This document shows, piece by piece, positions 28,209 to 38,458 of a stretch of 64,000 bases of DNA. Under the pieces are notes generated by a model. It saw only the letters and a list, made by a program, of their open reading frames with translations, was not told the origin of the DNA and searched no databases. Made by a program: the position numbers and the translations under genes. Each line of letters starts with the position of its first letter. Within the stretch, counting starts at the first letter, position 1. Origin of the DNA: an uncultured Verrucomicrobiae bacterium (GTDB taxonomy: Bacteria; Chlamydiota; Chlamydiia; Chlamydiales; Rhabdochlamydiaceae); contig CAWDYW010000001.1 in the NCBI GenBank assembly GCA_963806855.1, positions 1,376,001 to 1,440,000 of the forward strand, in the 5' to 3' direction.

Positions 28209-28910
28209 CTACAAGCTGCCGCCACCATCAATACAAAGAGTTTGGCCGGTGATAAAACCCGCATCTTCTGAAAGGAGAAACTCAATCGTAGCAGCCACTT
28301 CATTTGGCTTGCCAACGCGTCCCATTGGGATTTGATCTAAAAGTTCCTTTTCTTCCTTACTGCCAATAGGACGGATAGAGCGAAACGCGGGTGTTTCAAT
28401 AGGCCCTGGAGCAACTGCATTCACTGTAATACCAAATCCTGCGAGTTCAAGAGCCCATACACGGGTGCAACCGATGATCGCGCTCTTCGCAGCTGCATAA
28501 CTTGTCCGACCGGGCACGCCGAAGATCGCTCTAGAAGCAAGGTTCACAATGCGTCCCCAGCGTCCCTTTTTCATTATTTCAACAAATCCCTGTGTCATTT
28601 GGACTGCAGTGCGCACATTAATATCGTAAAGGGATCGGAGTATATCGAGGTCGATTGAGCCTAAAGGCTGTGGCCCTCCTGCTCCTAAATTGTTCACAAG
28701 AGCGTCGATCTGAAAGTGGGCTAAAATGGTTGCGATGATGGACTCGGTTTCTTTCTCATCGCTTAAATCGCAAGCGAAAAAATCACCGGGAAAACCTTCT
28801 TCTGGTTTGCCACGTGCAATTCCGATCACATGATATCCAGCCTCGGCTAGTCGTCGACTTGTTGCTAATCCAATCCCTTTTGAAGCTCCAGTAATCACTA
28901 CTGTTTTCAT
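28209..28910 (-). CDS. SDR family oxidoreductase
   Basis: TGASKGIG, NNxG, YAAAK, NAVAPG, FITGQ. Confidence 0.95.
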   Translation of the reverse strand: MKTVVITGASKGIGLATSRRLAEAGYHVIGIARGKPEEGFPGDFFACDLSDEKETESIIATILAHFQIDALVNNLGAGGPQPLGSIDLDILRSLYDINVRTAVQMTQGFVEIMKKGRWGRIVNLASRAIFGVPGRTSYAAAKSAIIGCTRVWALELAGFGITVNAVAPGPIETPAFRSIRPIGSKEEKELLDQIPMGRVGKPNEVAATIEFLLSEDAGFITGQTLCIDGGGSL

Positions 28911-28911
28911 T

Positions 28912-29490
28912 TTAAGATCGAACCACAGCTGCCAAATGGGCCTGATAGCAGTGGTAGCAAGATGGAAGATAGGTCTCTTCTGCGCCTACCTGGATTGCTG
29001 GGCCATCGACCGTTGCGACTCCGTCGACATGCTTAAGATTCATGATCGATTTGCGAGTGCAGAAATGGCAAGTTGCCTTCACCTCTTCAATCGAATCGGC
29101 CAACTCCATCAAACGTCTCGATCCCTCGAAAAGATTGGAGCGAAAATCGGTGCGAAGTCCATAACAAATGACCGGAATGCCGCGGGCGACGCTGATCTCG
29201 CGGAGTTGCTCAATTATAGATGCGGGGAGGAATTGGGCCTCATCGACCAAAATGCAATCGACCCCTTCGTAATCGAGAGAGAGTAGATCGGTGTCGGGAC
29301 GGATGAGAATATCGGCTGTCATCTCAAGGCCGGCGCGCGACTTGATTTGCTCCCTTCCAAAACGGATGTCGAGCTCAGGTTTAAGAAGAAGGATCTCCTT
29401 CCCCTGTTGCCGATAATTGTGGGCCACAGCGAGAAGATTAAGTGTCTTCGCGCTGCCTACGGTGCCATGACGAAAATAGAGCTTTGCCAT
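28912..29490 (-). CDS. tdk: Thymidine kinase
   Basis: MAKLYF..G...SAKT, ILVDEAQF, YGLRTDF, and Zn ligands CHFC..C..C. Likely start ATG 29490 after GGAG. Confidence 0.92.
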   Translation of the reverse strand: MAKLYFRHGTVGSAKTLNLLAVAHNYRQQGKEILLLKPELDIRFGREQIKSRAGLEMTADILIRPDTDLLSLDYEGVDCILVDEAQFLPASIIEQLREISVARGIPVICYGLRTDFRSNLFEGSRRLMELADSIEEVKATCHFCTRKSIMNLKHVDGVATVDGPAIQVGAEETYLPSCYHCYQAHLAAVVRS

Positions 29491-29547
29491 ACGGATCTCC
29501 TGGTTTTTTAAAACCACAGATTAATCTGAAAAGCCAGATTTTCGCAA

Positions 29548-30129
29548 CTACCCATTTACCTGAAACGAACCGAAGAATGCATCGGGTTGTACTTTCTCAG
29601 CGACGGCGAGCGGATAGGAGACTGTGATCCGATAGAGGGTATTGCCGACGATCACAAATTTCCCTTCGATCTCTTTGCCAGCTTGTTTAAGATGGTACTC
29701 AAGAGTAGGCAGGCCGCGGAATGAGGTGATCTGTTGCTTGACGAGAGCTTCAACATTTTGCTCGCTCTGAAGAAAGGCATCGAACCCTTTGTTTAGAAGC
29801 TTACTTGTCCCAATCCACTTCCAATGCTTGGGGAAATCGACGTAGCTGATGGCATAGGTGGACTCATTTTGGGCTGAACTGACCTCTTGGAAGGAGAGAT
29901 TTTTACCTGCGATGACAGTCTCCTGGGTTTTTTCGATCGGTTCGGCGGGGAATTGGATTGCAAAACTCTGATCGCTCGCAGTGTACGATTGCCATTCAGG
30001 CTCGGCAGGAACAAGGATCTCTTGCTCCACATTTTTATAGAGTAGACCGACTGTCCCTCCAGCGATAAGGGCGGCGCAAGTCAGAATTAAAATACTTTTT
30101 TTCCAAAACTTTATTTGTTTCACAAACAC
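29548..30129 (-). CDS. Membrane-anchored exported protein (PsbP/DcrB-like)
   Basis: N-terminal TM, W..Y....FAIQFP.EP, and FFGSF C-terminus. Confidence 0.55.
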   Translation of the reverse strand: MFVKQIKFWKKSILILTCAALIAGGTVGLLYKNVEQEILVPAEPEWQSYTASDQSFAIQFPAEPIEKTQETVIAGKNLSFQEVSSAQNESTYAISYVDFPKHWKWIGTSKLLNKGFDAFLQSEQNVEALVKQQITSFRGLPTLEYHLKQAGKEIEGKFVIVGNTLYRITVSYPLAVAEKVQPDAFFGSFQVNG

Positions 30130-30244
30130 TCTCCTGGTTTTAATTTATGTCCAAATATAAACTAAATCGGAATAAAATGACAGAGTTTATTACCCCCATA
30201 GGCATATTGAAAAAAATCACACTAAATTTTATACTATTTTGCGT

Positions 30245-30979
30245 ATGGTAGATCCAATAACGCGAATCTCCCCTTCCACCCCCCCACCATCTGAGTCATT
30301 TTCCTCCCCATATGCTCCCCCGCCGACTCCCTCTACGCTCTCTTCTTTGGACGATGGACCAGGCCTTATTATCAGTTTCTTCACAGCAATCGTCTCCTTC
30401 CTAAAGTGGATTTTTGATTTGAATCCCCCTCAAAGCCCCGAGATCGACCTCAACACAGACCCTTCCACCCTTGCGGAGAGCGACCCATTTCGCAATAAAG
30501 TTTTTAATTTCTCGCCAGAAGGGATTCCGAGTCTTAAGTTGCCGCGGAAATATGAGCTCGCCTGTCACATTTTTCAAACATTGGGAGGCGGGGGACCATG
30601 GCATTGGTTAAAAAATAAATGGCACCTCGAGCGGTGGGAAAAAGAACTGATCAGTTTGCCAGGAGACCCCTTCGAGTTTCTATATTTCCTCACCCACAGC
30701 AAGACGATGCTCGAAGCGATGATTTCCTTCAGACAGATCGCAGAGGGTAGCTCCCAGAAGGGAATTTTCTACCTCATTGGACGGCGGCCATGGGCTGAGT
30801 TCATTGCCAAACAGTCAGAAAGCTTTACACTAAGGGGTTCCCCTAAGATGATCCCTGGCTTTTGCCAAATTTTAAGGCTTGACCAAGCGCTTGTCACTTC
30901 CCTCTTTAATGGTCAAAAATGGGAAGAGCTCATTCACTATATTCTAGAGCAGCGAGAGAAGCACCTATCCGTCAATTAG
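30245..30979 (+). CDS. Hypothetical protein with Pro/Ser-rich N-terminus (possible effector)
   Basis: Disordered Pro/Ser N-terminus, an amphipathic helix, and a helical C-terminal domain. Confidence 0.55.
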   Translation: MVDPITRISPSTPPPSESFSSPYAPPPTPSTLSSLDDGPGLIISFFTAIVSFLKWIFDLNPPQSPEIDLNTDPSTLAESDPFRNKVFNFSPEGIPSLKLPRKYELACHIFQTLGGGGPWHWLKNKWHLERWEKELISLPGDPFEFLYFLTHSKTMLEAMISFRQIAEGSSQKGIFYLIGRRPWAEFIAKQSESFTLRGSPKMIPGFCQILRLDQALVTSLFNGQKWEELIHYILEQREKHLSVN

Positions 30980-31039
30980 TTATAATTAATTATTTAAAAT
31001 AATTATTATACTTATATAATAAAGAAAAGGAGACGAATT

Positions 31040-31354
31040 ATGAATATTTTCGCTTTGATCAACGCTTTCTTTATGCTAGCTGGCCCTGTTTCAAATGATG
31101 CCAATATTGAAAAAGTGGACTTCCGCGTTAGGACATACTCGTATGGCTCATATTATCCTGAGCCTTACGTTTGTCCGCATGGCTATACCTACGGACCAGG
31201 CTATACCTATCGTCGAGGCTTTAGATTTTATGCGCCTGGATATTTTGGGGCCTACCGATATGGGTGTTATGACAACCAAGGGCGACTCTATCGTCCTCGT
31301 GCCTACTATCGCGACCGGTATTATCCTCGCTATTATTACTATCGCCACAGATAA
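31040..31354 (+). CDS. Small secreted Tyr/Arg/Gly-rich protein
   Basis: AAGGAG RBS, signal-like N-terminus, Tyr-rich mature region. Confidence 0.6.
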   Translation: MNIFALINAFFMLAGPVSNDANIEKVDFRVRTYSYGSYYPEPYVCPHGYTYGPGYTYRRGFRFYAPGYFGAYRYGCYDNQGRLYRPRAYYRDRYYPRYYYYRHR

Positions 31355-31363
31355 TCGGAAATT

Positions 31364-34069
31364 ATGGCCAAAATCATTGTAGACCCCTCTCAGGAATATC
31401 TGGAGCAACCAGCTCAGCAGCTGGAGCCATTTTTCAATCCTAAGAGTGTCGCGATCATCGGCGCCACCCAAACTCCCAATACCGTCGGCAATACGCTGAC
31501 AAACAACTTGATCTCGGGAAAATTCAAAGGAAAAATCTATCCGATCAATCCCAAGTATGAGACCCTCTTTGGCCTGAAGTGTTATCCATCGATCGAGGCG
31601 ATTCCTGAAGAGGTCGAGCTCGCTGTCATCATCACGCCTGCCAAAACGATCCCAGCCCTCATCGACCAATGTGTCGCCAAGAAGGTGAAAGGGGCGATCA
31701 TCATCTCCGCCGGCTTTAAAGAGCTAGGGGCCGAGGGGCTAAAGCTAGAAAACGAAGTGCTCCGCAGAGCGCGCGCTGGAAATTTGCGTCTAGTCGGCCC
31801 CAATTGTCTTGGGATCATGAATCCCCTCACCAATTTCAACGCCACCTTTGCCGCTTCGATGGCGCTCAAAGGCAACGTCGCCTTCATCAGCCAATCGGGC
31901 GCCATGTGCACAGCTGTTCTCGACTGGAGCTTGAAGCAAAAGATTGGCTTTAGCGCCTTCGTCTCGATCGGATCGATGGCCGACGTCAACTGGGGCGATC
32001 TGATCGACTATCTCGGCAACGATCCCAACACGAGTAGCATTTTGATCTACATGGAGACGATCGGAAACGCTAAGGACTTCCTCTCTGCAGCAAAAGAAGT
32101 GGTCATGAACAAGCCGATCATCGTGATCAAAGCGGGACGCACTGAAGCTGCTGCCAAAGCTGCCGCCTCCCACACTGGATCGATGGCCGGTAGCGACGAA
32201 GTATTTGATGCCGCCATGCGCCGAGTCGGAGTTCTGCGAGTCGATGAGATCGGCGAGCTGTTCAATATGGCAGAGGTGCTGGCTAAACAACCTGTTCCCA
32301 AAGGCCCAAACCTGACAATCCTCACCAACGCTGGGGGTCCCGCCGTACTCGCCACCGACGCTGCCGCCCAATATGGAGCTGAAATTGCCAATCTCACACC
32401 CGAAACGATCGAACAGTTGAACCAATTCCTCCCTGCCGCCTGGAGCCATGCCAACCCGGTCGACCTGCTCGGAGACGCTGGCCCAGACCGCTATTCCAAA
32501 GCCATTGAGATCGTCGCCAAAGACCCCAACACCGACGGCATCCTCGTCATCCTCTCCCCGCAAGATATGACCGACGTGACCGGAACCGCCGAGTGCCTCA
32601 AACCCTATGCGCAAATCCCAAACAAACCGATCCTCGCCAGCTGGATGGGCGGAGAAGTGATTGAAAAAGGGATCACCATCCTGTCCAATTCCAACATCCC
32701 CAACTTCATCTACCCCGATAGCGCCAGCAAGACCTTCGCAGCAATGTGGCGGCAAAGCTACGCCCTCCAATTCCTCTATGAGACCCCCGCTAGCCGGCAA
32801 GACCTCACCGACGTCAAAAAACGGATCGACACCACAGAATCGATCATCCAAAATGCGCTGAAAGAAGGACGGCTGCTTCTCACCGAAGAGGAGTCTAAGC
32901 GAGTGCTCGCCGCCTACTCGATTCCGATCGTCCAAACCGTCATCGCCACCTCCCCCAAAGAGGCCGCCAAAGCGGCAGAAGAAATTGGGTTTCCCGTCGT
33001 GCTCAAACTTCACTCCGAAACGATCACCCACAAAACCGACGTGGGCGGCGTGCTCCTCAATTTGAAAGACAAAGAGAGCGTCGAAAAAGGGTTCACCCAA
33101 ATCAAGAATTCAGTGACCGAAAAAGCGGGCGCAGAGCACTTCCTCGGCGTCACCGTACAAAAAATGATCAAACTCGAAGGCTACGAACTGATCCTCGGCA
33201 GCACGATCGACGGACAATTTGGCCCCGTCGTCCTCTTTGGAACCGGCGGCCAGCTCGTCGAAGTCTACAAAGACCGGGCCCTCGGCCTCCCCCCCTTCAC
33301 CGCCACCCTCGCCAACCGCCTCATGAGCCGCACCAAAATCTACGAAGCGCTCAAAGGAGTCCGTGGCCGCAAAGGGATCGATTTTGCCCAGCTTGAAAAA
33401 ATCATCGTCGCCTTCTCCGAACTGGTCGTCTCCCATCCGAACCTGGCCGAATGCGACATCAACCCCCTCCTCGCCTCCTCTGATCAGCTCATTGCCCTCG
33501 ATGCCCGCATCGTCCTCTCGAAAGAGCCCCTCGCCAAACCGGTTATCCGCCCCTACCCCTCCCAGTACATCTCCAAGTGCACCCTGACCGATGGAGAGCA
33601 AATCACCCTCCGCCCCGTCCGTCCCGAAGATGAGCCCCTAGTGGTCGACTTCCACAAACGGCTCTCTGCAGAGACCCTCCGCGCCCGCTACTTCAAAGAG
33701 ATGCCTCTTTCCCAGCGCATTTCGCATGAGAGAATGATCCGGATCTGCCACACCGACTACAATCGAGAGATCCTCCTCATCGCCGAAAAAGAAGGGCAAA
33801 TGGTCGCCGCCGCCCGCCTGGGCCGCACACCCCATACAGCGACCGCCGACCTCAAATTTGTCATCCAAGATAACATGCAACACAAAGGACTCGGGGCCGT
33901 CATGCTGGGCGCCATCCTCAAACTCGCCAAAGCCGAGAAAATCGGCACAGTGACCGTCCAGCTCCTCAAGGAAAATACCGGCATGAAAAAACTCCTCGAG
34001 AGAGAAGGCTTCACCCTGACCCCCAGCGAAAAAGATCCCTCCCTCATCAACGGAGTGCTCAAGCTGTAG
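31364..34069 (+). CDS. Bifunctional acetate-CoA ligase (ADP-forming)-like / GNAT protein (Pat/YfiQ family)
   Basis: CoA-binding domain, GPNCLG, SQSGA, SHTGS, ATP-grasp [13 protein letters not shown], and C-terminal GNAT. Confidence 0.9.
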   Translation: MAKIIVDPSQEYLEQPAQQLEPFFNPKSVAIIGATQTPNTVGNTLTNNLISGKFKGKIYPINPKYETLFGLKCYPSIEAIPEEVELAVIITPAKTIPALIDQCVAKKVKGAIIISAGFKELGAEGLKLENEVLRRARAGNLRLVGPNCLGIMNPLTNFNATFAASMALKGNVAFISQSGAMCTAVLDWSLKQKIGFSAFVSIGSMADVNWGDLIDYLGNDPNTSSILIYMETIGNAKDFLSAAKEVVMNKPIIVIKAGRTEAAAKAAASHTGSMAGSDEVFDAAMRRVGVLRVDEIGELFNMAEVLAKQPVPKGPNLTILTNAGGPAVLATDAAAQYGAEIANLTPETIEQLNQFLPAAWSHANPVDLLGDAGPDRYSKAIEIVAKDPNTDGILVILSPQDMTDVTGTAECLKPYAQIPNKPILASWMGGEVIEKGITILSNSNIPNFIYPDSASKTFAAMWRQSYALQFLYETPASRQDLTDVKKRIDTTESIIQNALKEGRLLLTEEESKRVLAAYSIPIVQTVIATSPKEAAKAAEEIGFPVVLKLHSETITHKTDVGGVLLNLKDKESVEKGFTQIKNSVTEKAGAEHFLGVTVQKMIKLEGYELILGSTIDGQFGPVVLFGTGGQLVEVYKDRALGLPPFTATLANRLMSRTKIYEALKGVRGRKGIDFAQLEKIIVAFSELVVSHPNLAECDINPLLASSDQLIALDARIVLSKEPLAKPVIRPYPSQYISKCTLTDGEQITLRPVRPEDEPLVVDFHKRLSAETLRARYFKEMPLSQRISHERMIRICHTDYNREILLIAEKEGQMVAAARLGRTPHTATADLKFVIQDNMQHKGLGAVMLGAILKLAKAEKIGTVTVQLLKENTGMKKLLEREGFTLTPSEKDPSLINGVLKL

Positions 34070-34071
34070 CG

Positions 34072-34932
34072 ATGTACAAAGGCCAAATCATCGATACCCA
34101 TATGCACCTCTGGGATCCTGCAAATGGGTATGAGTGGCTTCCCCAGTTCAAAGCCATCCACCACCCCTTCCTCATGCCAGACTACCTCGAAATGGCCAAA
34201 CACCAACCCATTTCACAAACAGTCCACATCGAATGTGGTGGCTTCCCCCAGAATCCCGTCCTCGAAACCAAATGGATCCAGCAGCAAGTCGACCATTTTG
34301 GGGGCCCGCAAGCGATCGTCGCCTTTGCCAAACTCGATTCACCATCTGTCGAGCAAACCCTCAAAGGCCATTGCCAATATCCACTCGTCCGTGGCATCCG
34401 GATGGCCCTAAACAAAATCGGTTCATTCGGTGTCGATCGAGCCGATTACATGCAAGATCCCGCCTGGCGCAAAGGGTATTCCCTCTTGTCCAAATACAAC
34501 CTCCATTTTGAAATGCAGATCTTCGACACCCAACTCCCCGAAGCGGTCGAACTGGCCAAGGCCTTTCCCGACATTCCCATCGTGTTGCAACATCTCGGTT
34601 GGCCCTTAGAAACGACTGCAGAATACCAAAAAGCATGGAAAGAGCGACTCGCAGAATTGGCAGCGCTGCCAAACACCCTCCTCAAAATATCGTGCCTAGG
34701 ATGGATCTTCAAAAAACCGGACGAGAAAGCCATTAATGGCTTCATCCGGGATGCAATTTCCCTCTTCGGAGTCGATCGGTGTATGGTAGGAAGTAACTGT
34801 CCACCCGATGAGCTCTATCTATCCTTCGACCAAATCTTCCATCTGATCAAAGTCGCCCTCTCTCCCTATACGGAAGAAGAGCAGCAAAAAATGTTTTATG
34901 GGAACGCCAAACGGGTCTATAGGATCTTCTAG
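34072..34932 (+). CDS. Amidohydrolase family protein
   Basis: IIDTHMHLWD, GIR, HLG.P, FG.DR.M.GSN.P, GNA.RVYR. Confidence 0.88.
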   Translation: MYKGQIIDTHMHLWDPANGYEWLPQFKAIHHPFLMPDYLEMAKHQPISQTVHIECGGFPQNPVLETKWIQQQVDHFGGPQAIVAFAKLDSPSVEQTLKGHCQYPLVRGIRMALNKIGSFGVDRADYMQDPAWRKGYSLLSKYNLHFEMQIFDTQLPEAVELAKAFPDIPIVLQHLGWPLETTAEYQKAWKERLAELAALPNTLLKISCLGWIFKKPDEKAINGFIRDAISLFGVDRCMVGSNCPPDELYLSFDQIFHLIKVALSPYTEEEQQKMFYGNAKRVYRIF

Positions 34933-35469
34933 TTATTTCTTTTTTGAGGGGAGCTTGATCACTCTCCCATCGATAACAAAGACTCCATTGCCGCAATGGT
35001 GCATCATCCTGGCCCTTTTTTTCTTTGGCCTGATCCAGGCTTTGACAGCTTCTAGGATAAAGATGTTATACATTTTAGCCATCTTCATATCGATGACCTT
35101 GCATTCGATATTAGCATAGCACTCAGTGAGAAGCGGCGCGCTTACCTGCGATGCAGGCTCATGCCGGAGATGAAATTTCTCAAACTTATCGACTTTGCTG
35201 CCCGAGACATTTCCCACTCCGACGACTTTTTCAGCTAGCTCTACAGTGGGGATATTAATCACGCATTCCTTTGTTTTCTTTAGGATATTAAAGGTATAGT
35301 TCTGATTGCTAATGACGCAGGCGAAAATCGGAGGTTCAAAATCGATCATCATCTGCCAGGTCATGGTCATCACATTGGGCTTTCCTTTGTAGCAGGTCGT
35401 AACCATAGTGACTGGCCCCGGTTCGAGCAACTGGTAAACGTGAGCTAAACGAATTGATTTTTTTGTCAT
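34933..35469 (-). CDS. Flavin reductase family protein
   Basis: LEPGPV.MVTT, ECVINIPT, SG..VDKF, EC.ANIECKV. Confidence 0.88.
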   Translation of the reverse strand: MTKKSIRLAHVYQLLEPGPVTMVTTCYKGKPNVMTMTWQMMIDFEPPIFACVISNQNYTFNILKKTKECVINIPTVELAEKVVGVGNVSGSKVDKFEKFHLRHEPASQVSAPLLTECYANIECKVIDMKMAKMYNIFILEAVKAWIRPKKKRARMMHHCGNGVFVIDGRVIKLPSKKK

Positions 35470-35523
35470 TATATTTCAGACAAATGTTCCATCCCTATTT
35501 ATCTGTCAAGATGCGAGTGTAAA

Positions 35524-36393
35524 CTATCGCAAAAACCGAATCTGAGGAAGAAGGCTTAGGAAGAATTCGGCTGACCAGCCCTCGATTTCCCTTGGATCCC
35601 GAATAAAACGTCTAATGTCCTCTTTGGCAGCCTCAAAGTTAACGCTGCGAATTTTTTGCTCTAGTAAATTGAGAAAAAACTCTTTATTCAGAGCAGTCTC
35701 AGAAGAATAATTTCCCGATTGTCGCAGACGGCTTTCCAAATGACCCAAATTGAGAGGAATCCCTTTATTGATATACCAAATGAAGTCATACCAATCCCTT
35801 CCCTTCACCCGAACTTTATAAGCCCGGTATAAAACTGCGCTCATTTTCCCAGCGAATAAATCTTCTGGAACATAGCTGCGAACGGAAAACGGGATTGGTT
35901 TTGCTAGATAGCGGACCTCTGTAGCAAAGCCGAGTGGTGGATCAATATCGACTTCCAGTTTAATTTTGATCATCTCATCTGAATGGGTAAATCGTTTCAA
36001 AGATTCATCTAATCCAATCCGAATGAACGTCTCCAAAGTCCCCGTCTTTAGAAAAGCGGAAACAATAGGGTTTTCTGGGTGTTTGATTCGCTGCTCTACT
36101 TTAACTTTAAGTCCTGAAATCTCGAGCTCCTCCGCAACTCCTTTCAGATAGGGAAGCAAATCAAATGAAGGATCGGGCTTGAGAAGTGAAAAATCGAGAT
36201 CTTCGCTGAATCGATTGAGACCATACAGGATCCTAAGCGAGGTCCCTCCGTAGAATGCAGCATGCTCGAAGAACTTCGCTCTCCATAAACCAAGCAATGC
36301 AATCTCTTGCATAATCTCATGGATGGCATTTTCATAATCATACTTAGTTTTAGGGCTATAATTTTCTAGAAGATCTTCAACTATTGCTGTCAT
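35524..36393 (-). CDS. AbiEii/AbiGii nucleotidyltransferase toxin (type IV TA)
   Basis: FYGGTSLRILYGLNRFSEDLDF, K..AVL.R, and KGRDWYD. Confidence 0.9.
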   Translation of the reverse strand: MTAIVEDLLENYSPKTKYDYENAIHEIMQEIALLGLWRAKFFEHAAFYGGTSLRILYGLNRFSEDLDFSLLKPDPSFDLLPYLKGVAEELEISGLKVKVEQRIKHPENPIVSAFLKTGTLETFIRIGLDESLKRFTHSDEMIKIKLEVDIDPPLGFATEVRYLAKPIPFSVRSYVPEDLFAGKMSAVLYRAYKVRVKGRDWYDFIWYINKGIPLNLGHLESRLRQSGNYSSETALNKEFFLNLLEQKIRSVNFEAAKEDIRRFIRDPREIEGWSAEFFLSLLPQIRFLR

Positions 36394-37007
36394 AACTCTA
36401 ATATTAGCTTCACACTGCGCTTTTTATAAGCAATTGCAATCTCTTTTAATTTCTCAATATCCAGTTCACGAAATTGCTTCTCATCCATTCTCATCTCTTC
36501 AAATAGATAAAACCGGAGTTGTTCAAGTGTTCGTATTCCAGGAGTTCGATAGACAAGATCGGCGAGAGCTTTTTCCTTAGAGGCGATAAAATATCCCCCT
36601 TCACTCTTTATGTCCCGATATTCTATACCTACTTTGAATTTTTTACTATCAATAGCTCGATATTCGAATATCCCAATTGGAGTGCGAAAGGTTTTTGATT
36701 TTCCAATGGTCAAAGAAGTGACGACCGTTGGGCGTTCAGCGATTAAACCATAATGGAAAAGGGCATATTCAAAAGAAATACAAGAAGGGCCATACAGAAG
36801 ATTGCCGATCATTTCCAAGCACAAAGGGTAGCGCCTCCAATTTTCACCGAAGATATATAACCCTTGTTTTAACCTAACTAACTTACCTTCAGAAACTAAG
36901 GCTGCGATCTTTGCTCGAGGTTTTTTAAGATCTATAAAATAATCAGCAAGCAACTGGTAATCAATTACTTCTATATTAATTTTTCTTCTAAACTCTTCAA
37001 AACCCAT
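36390..37007 (-). CDS. AbiEi-like antitoxin / transcriptional regulator
   Basis: LVRLKQGLY, PS.IS.E.AL..YGLI.E, ASKEKALAD. Overlaps the toxin start by 4 bp. AAGGAG RBS before ATG 37007. Confidence 0.8.
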   Translation of the reverse strand: MGFEEFRRKINIEVIDYQLLADYFIDLKKPRAKIAALVSEGKLVRLKQGLYIFGENWRRYPLCLEMIGNLLYGPSCISFEYALFHYGLIAERPTVVTSLTIGKSKTFRTPIGIFEYRAIDSKKFKVGIEYRDIKSEGGYFIASKEKALADLVYRTPGIRTLEQLRFYLFEEMRMDEKQFRELDIEKLKEIAIAYKKRSVKLILEL

Positions 37008-37020
37008 ATACTCCTTATTA

Positions 37021-37075
37021 TGCAAATTTTTGCCATCTTGTCCAGAAAAATTGGACATGTTGGCTAAAACTTGCA
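37021..37075. promoter_or_regulatory. Imperfect palindrome, putative AbiEi operator
   Basis: TGCAAATTTTTGCCATCTTGTCCA-gaaaaat-TGGACATGTTGGCTAAAACTTGCA directly upstream of the antitoxin RBS. Confidence 0.55.
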
Positions 37076-37170
37076 TCAAAAAAGTGGAATTCATACATGT
37101 TCGGAGGTTGATTATTACTAGTTACATCGCTATAATAATCGCCTCAAAACTACAAAAATAGGAGAGTTTT

Positions 37171-38274
37171 ATGTTTTTAGATTGTTGCAGAAGACAACGC
37201 GCCGATGCTTGCCACCTTGCACTTCCCGTTGATCCAGCCATCCAGCAGCTGAATGATGCCCCGGCTGGCAAACCCGTTGATCCAGCCACCCAGCAGCTGA
37301 ATGATGCCCCGGCTGGCAAATATGTTTGTGAATATGATTCCCAACGGCATCATCACAAATTTATCTTTGAAAGCTGGGATAATCCTCTTGATAAAGATCA
37401 AATTCCTTACCTAAAACCAGATGCATCTGGACATGGTCCTCTCACAAAAGGCGACGGATCACCAATCCAAATCGAAGAAGGTGACTGGTTGATTCCTGTG
37501 CTATTGCGTGATCAAGCTAATCGGGAGATCCATCTGCTTCTACCCAGCAATTTGGTTGGGGATTGCCGCGCCCATGATACGATTGAATTGCTGTATGATA
37601 ACAAGAGCTTTACACTCTCATTTGCTCCTGAATTTAGAAACAGAGTCTTAACTGTTGAAATGGGGATTTATGGGGTGACACATGGTCAACCTTTTATATG
37701 TAAATATCCAATGCCATCGGACAAAAGAGCTGAAGCGAGACAAAAACTTCTGAAGGAATCTCTTCCCCAAATGATTGCTCAGATGAATCAATCCGAAAAT
37801 CGTTTTGTCTTTAATAAGGAAACAAAAAAATTGGAAAAATACGATGGCCAAAATCCTCTTGTTGAAAGGATCGATTCTGACCGAGCGAAAGTGATCACAG
37901 TTGACACTCTCGAACGGCCATATCAAGCTCCTTGGGTAAAACGAAACCATATTGGATGCTATCTTTATACAACAGCAGACAAAGTTGCCATGGCCGTATG
38001 TAATGGACAGCTGATTATTTGGCAACATAGCGATCTAAAGCTTAGTGAACCCAAACCCAAGTCAGATAAAGTGCGTAAATACGACATGTATGTTCCATTG
38101 AATATCGACCCAAAAGATATAAAACCCGTAGATCCGTTAGCTCATTATCCCAAAGACATCTTTACCATCATTCCTCTGAATAACGAAACGATTACCGAAG
38201 CTGAATTTTTGGATCATTTGGCTAAAGTCGAATTTCCCAATGGGTCGATGTTTGGGATGAACCTTGAAAATTAA
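37171..38274 (+). CDS. Hypothetical protein with a 16-aa tandem repeat
   Basis: AGGAGAG RBS and PVDPA(I/T)QQLNDAPAGK twice. Confidence 0.65.
   Translation: MFLDCCRRQRADACHLALPVDPAIQQLNDAPAGKPVDPATQQLNDAPAGKYVCEYDSQRHHHKFIFESWDNPLDKDQIPYLKPDASGHGPLTKGDGSPIQIEEGDWLIPVLLRDQANREIHLLLPSNLVGDCRAHDTIELLYDNKSFTLSFAPEFRNRVLTVEMGIYGVTHGQPFICKYPMPSDKRAEARQKLLKESLPQMIAQMNQSENRFVFNKETKKLEKYDGQNPLVERIDSDRAKVITVDTLERPYQAPWVKRNHIGCYLYTTADKVAMAVCNGQLIIWQHSDLKLSEPKPKSDKVRKYDMYVPLNIDPKDIKPVDPLAHYPKDIFTIIPLNNETITEAEFLDHLAKVEFPNGSMFGMNLEN
37225..37320 (+). repeat. 48-bp in-frame tandem duplication
   Basis: 37225-37272 and 37273-37320 differ at one base. Confidence 0.9.
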
Positions 38275-38291
38275 GACGAGAGTGTTATAAT
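38264..38291 (+). promoter_or_regulatory. Promoter for tRNA-Ser (TTGAAA-N16-TATAAT, extended -10)
   Basis: TTGAAA at 38264, TGT-TATAAT ending at 38291, 13 bp before the tRNA. Confidence 0.55.
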
Positions 38292-38304
38292 ATCTCTCTT
38301 TGTT

Positions 38305-38389
38305 GGAAGAGTGGCAGAGTGGCCGATTGCGTCTGTCTTGAAAACAGAAGTCCCGCAAGGGACCGTGGGTTCGAATCCTACCTCTTCCG
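38305..38389 (+). tRNA. tRNA-Ser(TGA)
   Basis: Acceptor stem GGAAGAG/CTCTTCC, anticodon arm TCTGT-CTTGAAA-ACAGA, long variable arm GTCCC-GCAA-GGGAC, T-arm GGTTCGAATCC. CCA not encoded. Confidence 0.95.
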
Positions 38390-38400
38390 ATAACGCAACC

Positions 38401-38445
38401 AATTCGAACCCTTGCTCTCATCCAATAGAGCAAGGGTATCGATTT
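38401..38445. terminator. Hairpin between tRNA-Ser and the convergent flotillin gene
   Basis: ACCCTTGCTCT-N8-AGAGCAAGGGT stem. Confidence 0.6.
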
Positions 38446-38458
38446 GGGTATGGGCTTC

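Noticed and set aside
31790..33100. 436-aa minus-strand ORF
   Set aside because: Antisense shadow of the acyl-CoA ligase/GNAT gene, explained by its strong codon bias.
38305..38445. tRNA-Ser as integration site of an island
   Set aside because: No integrase and no duplicated tRNA 3' end seen in the window. The nearby TTCGAACCC belongs to the terminator stem.
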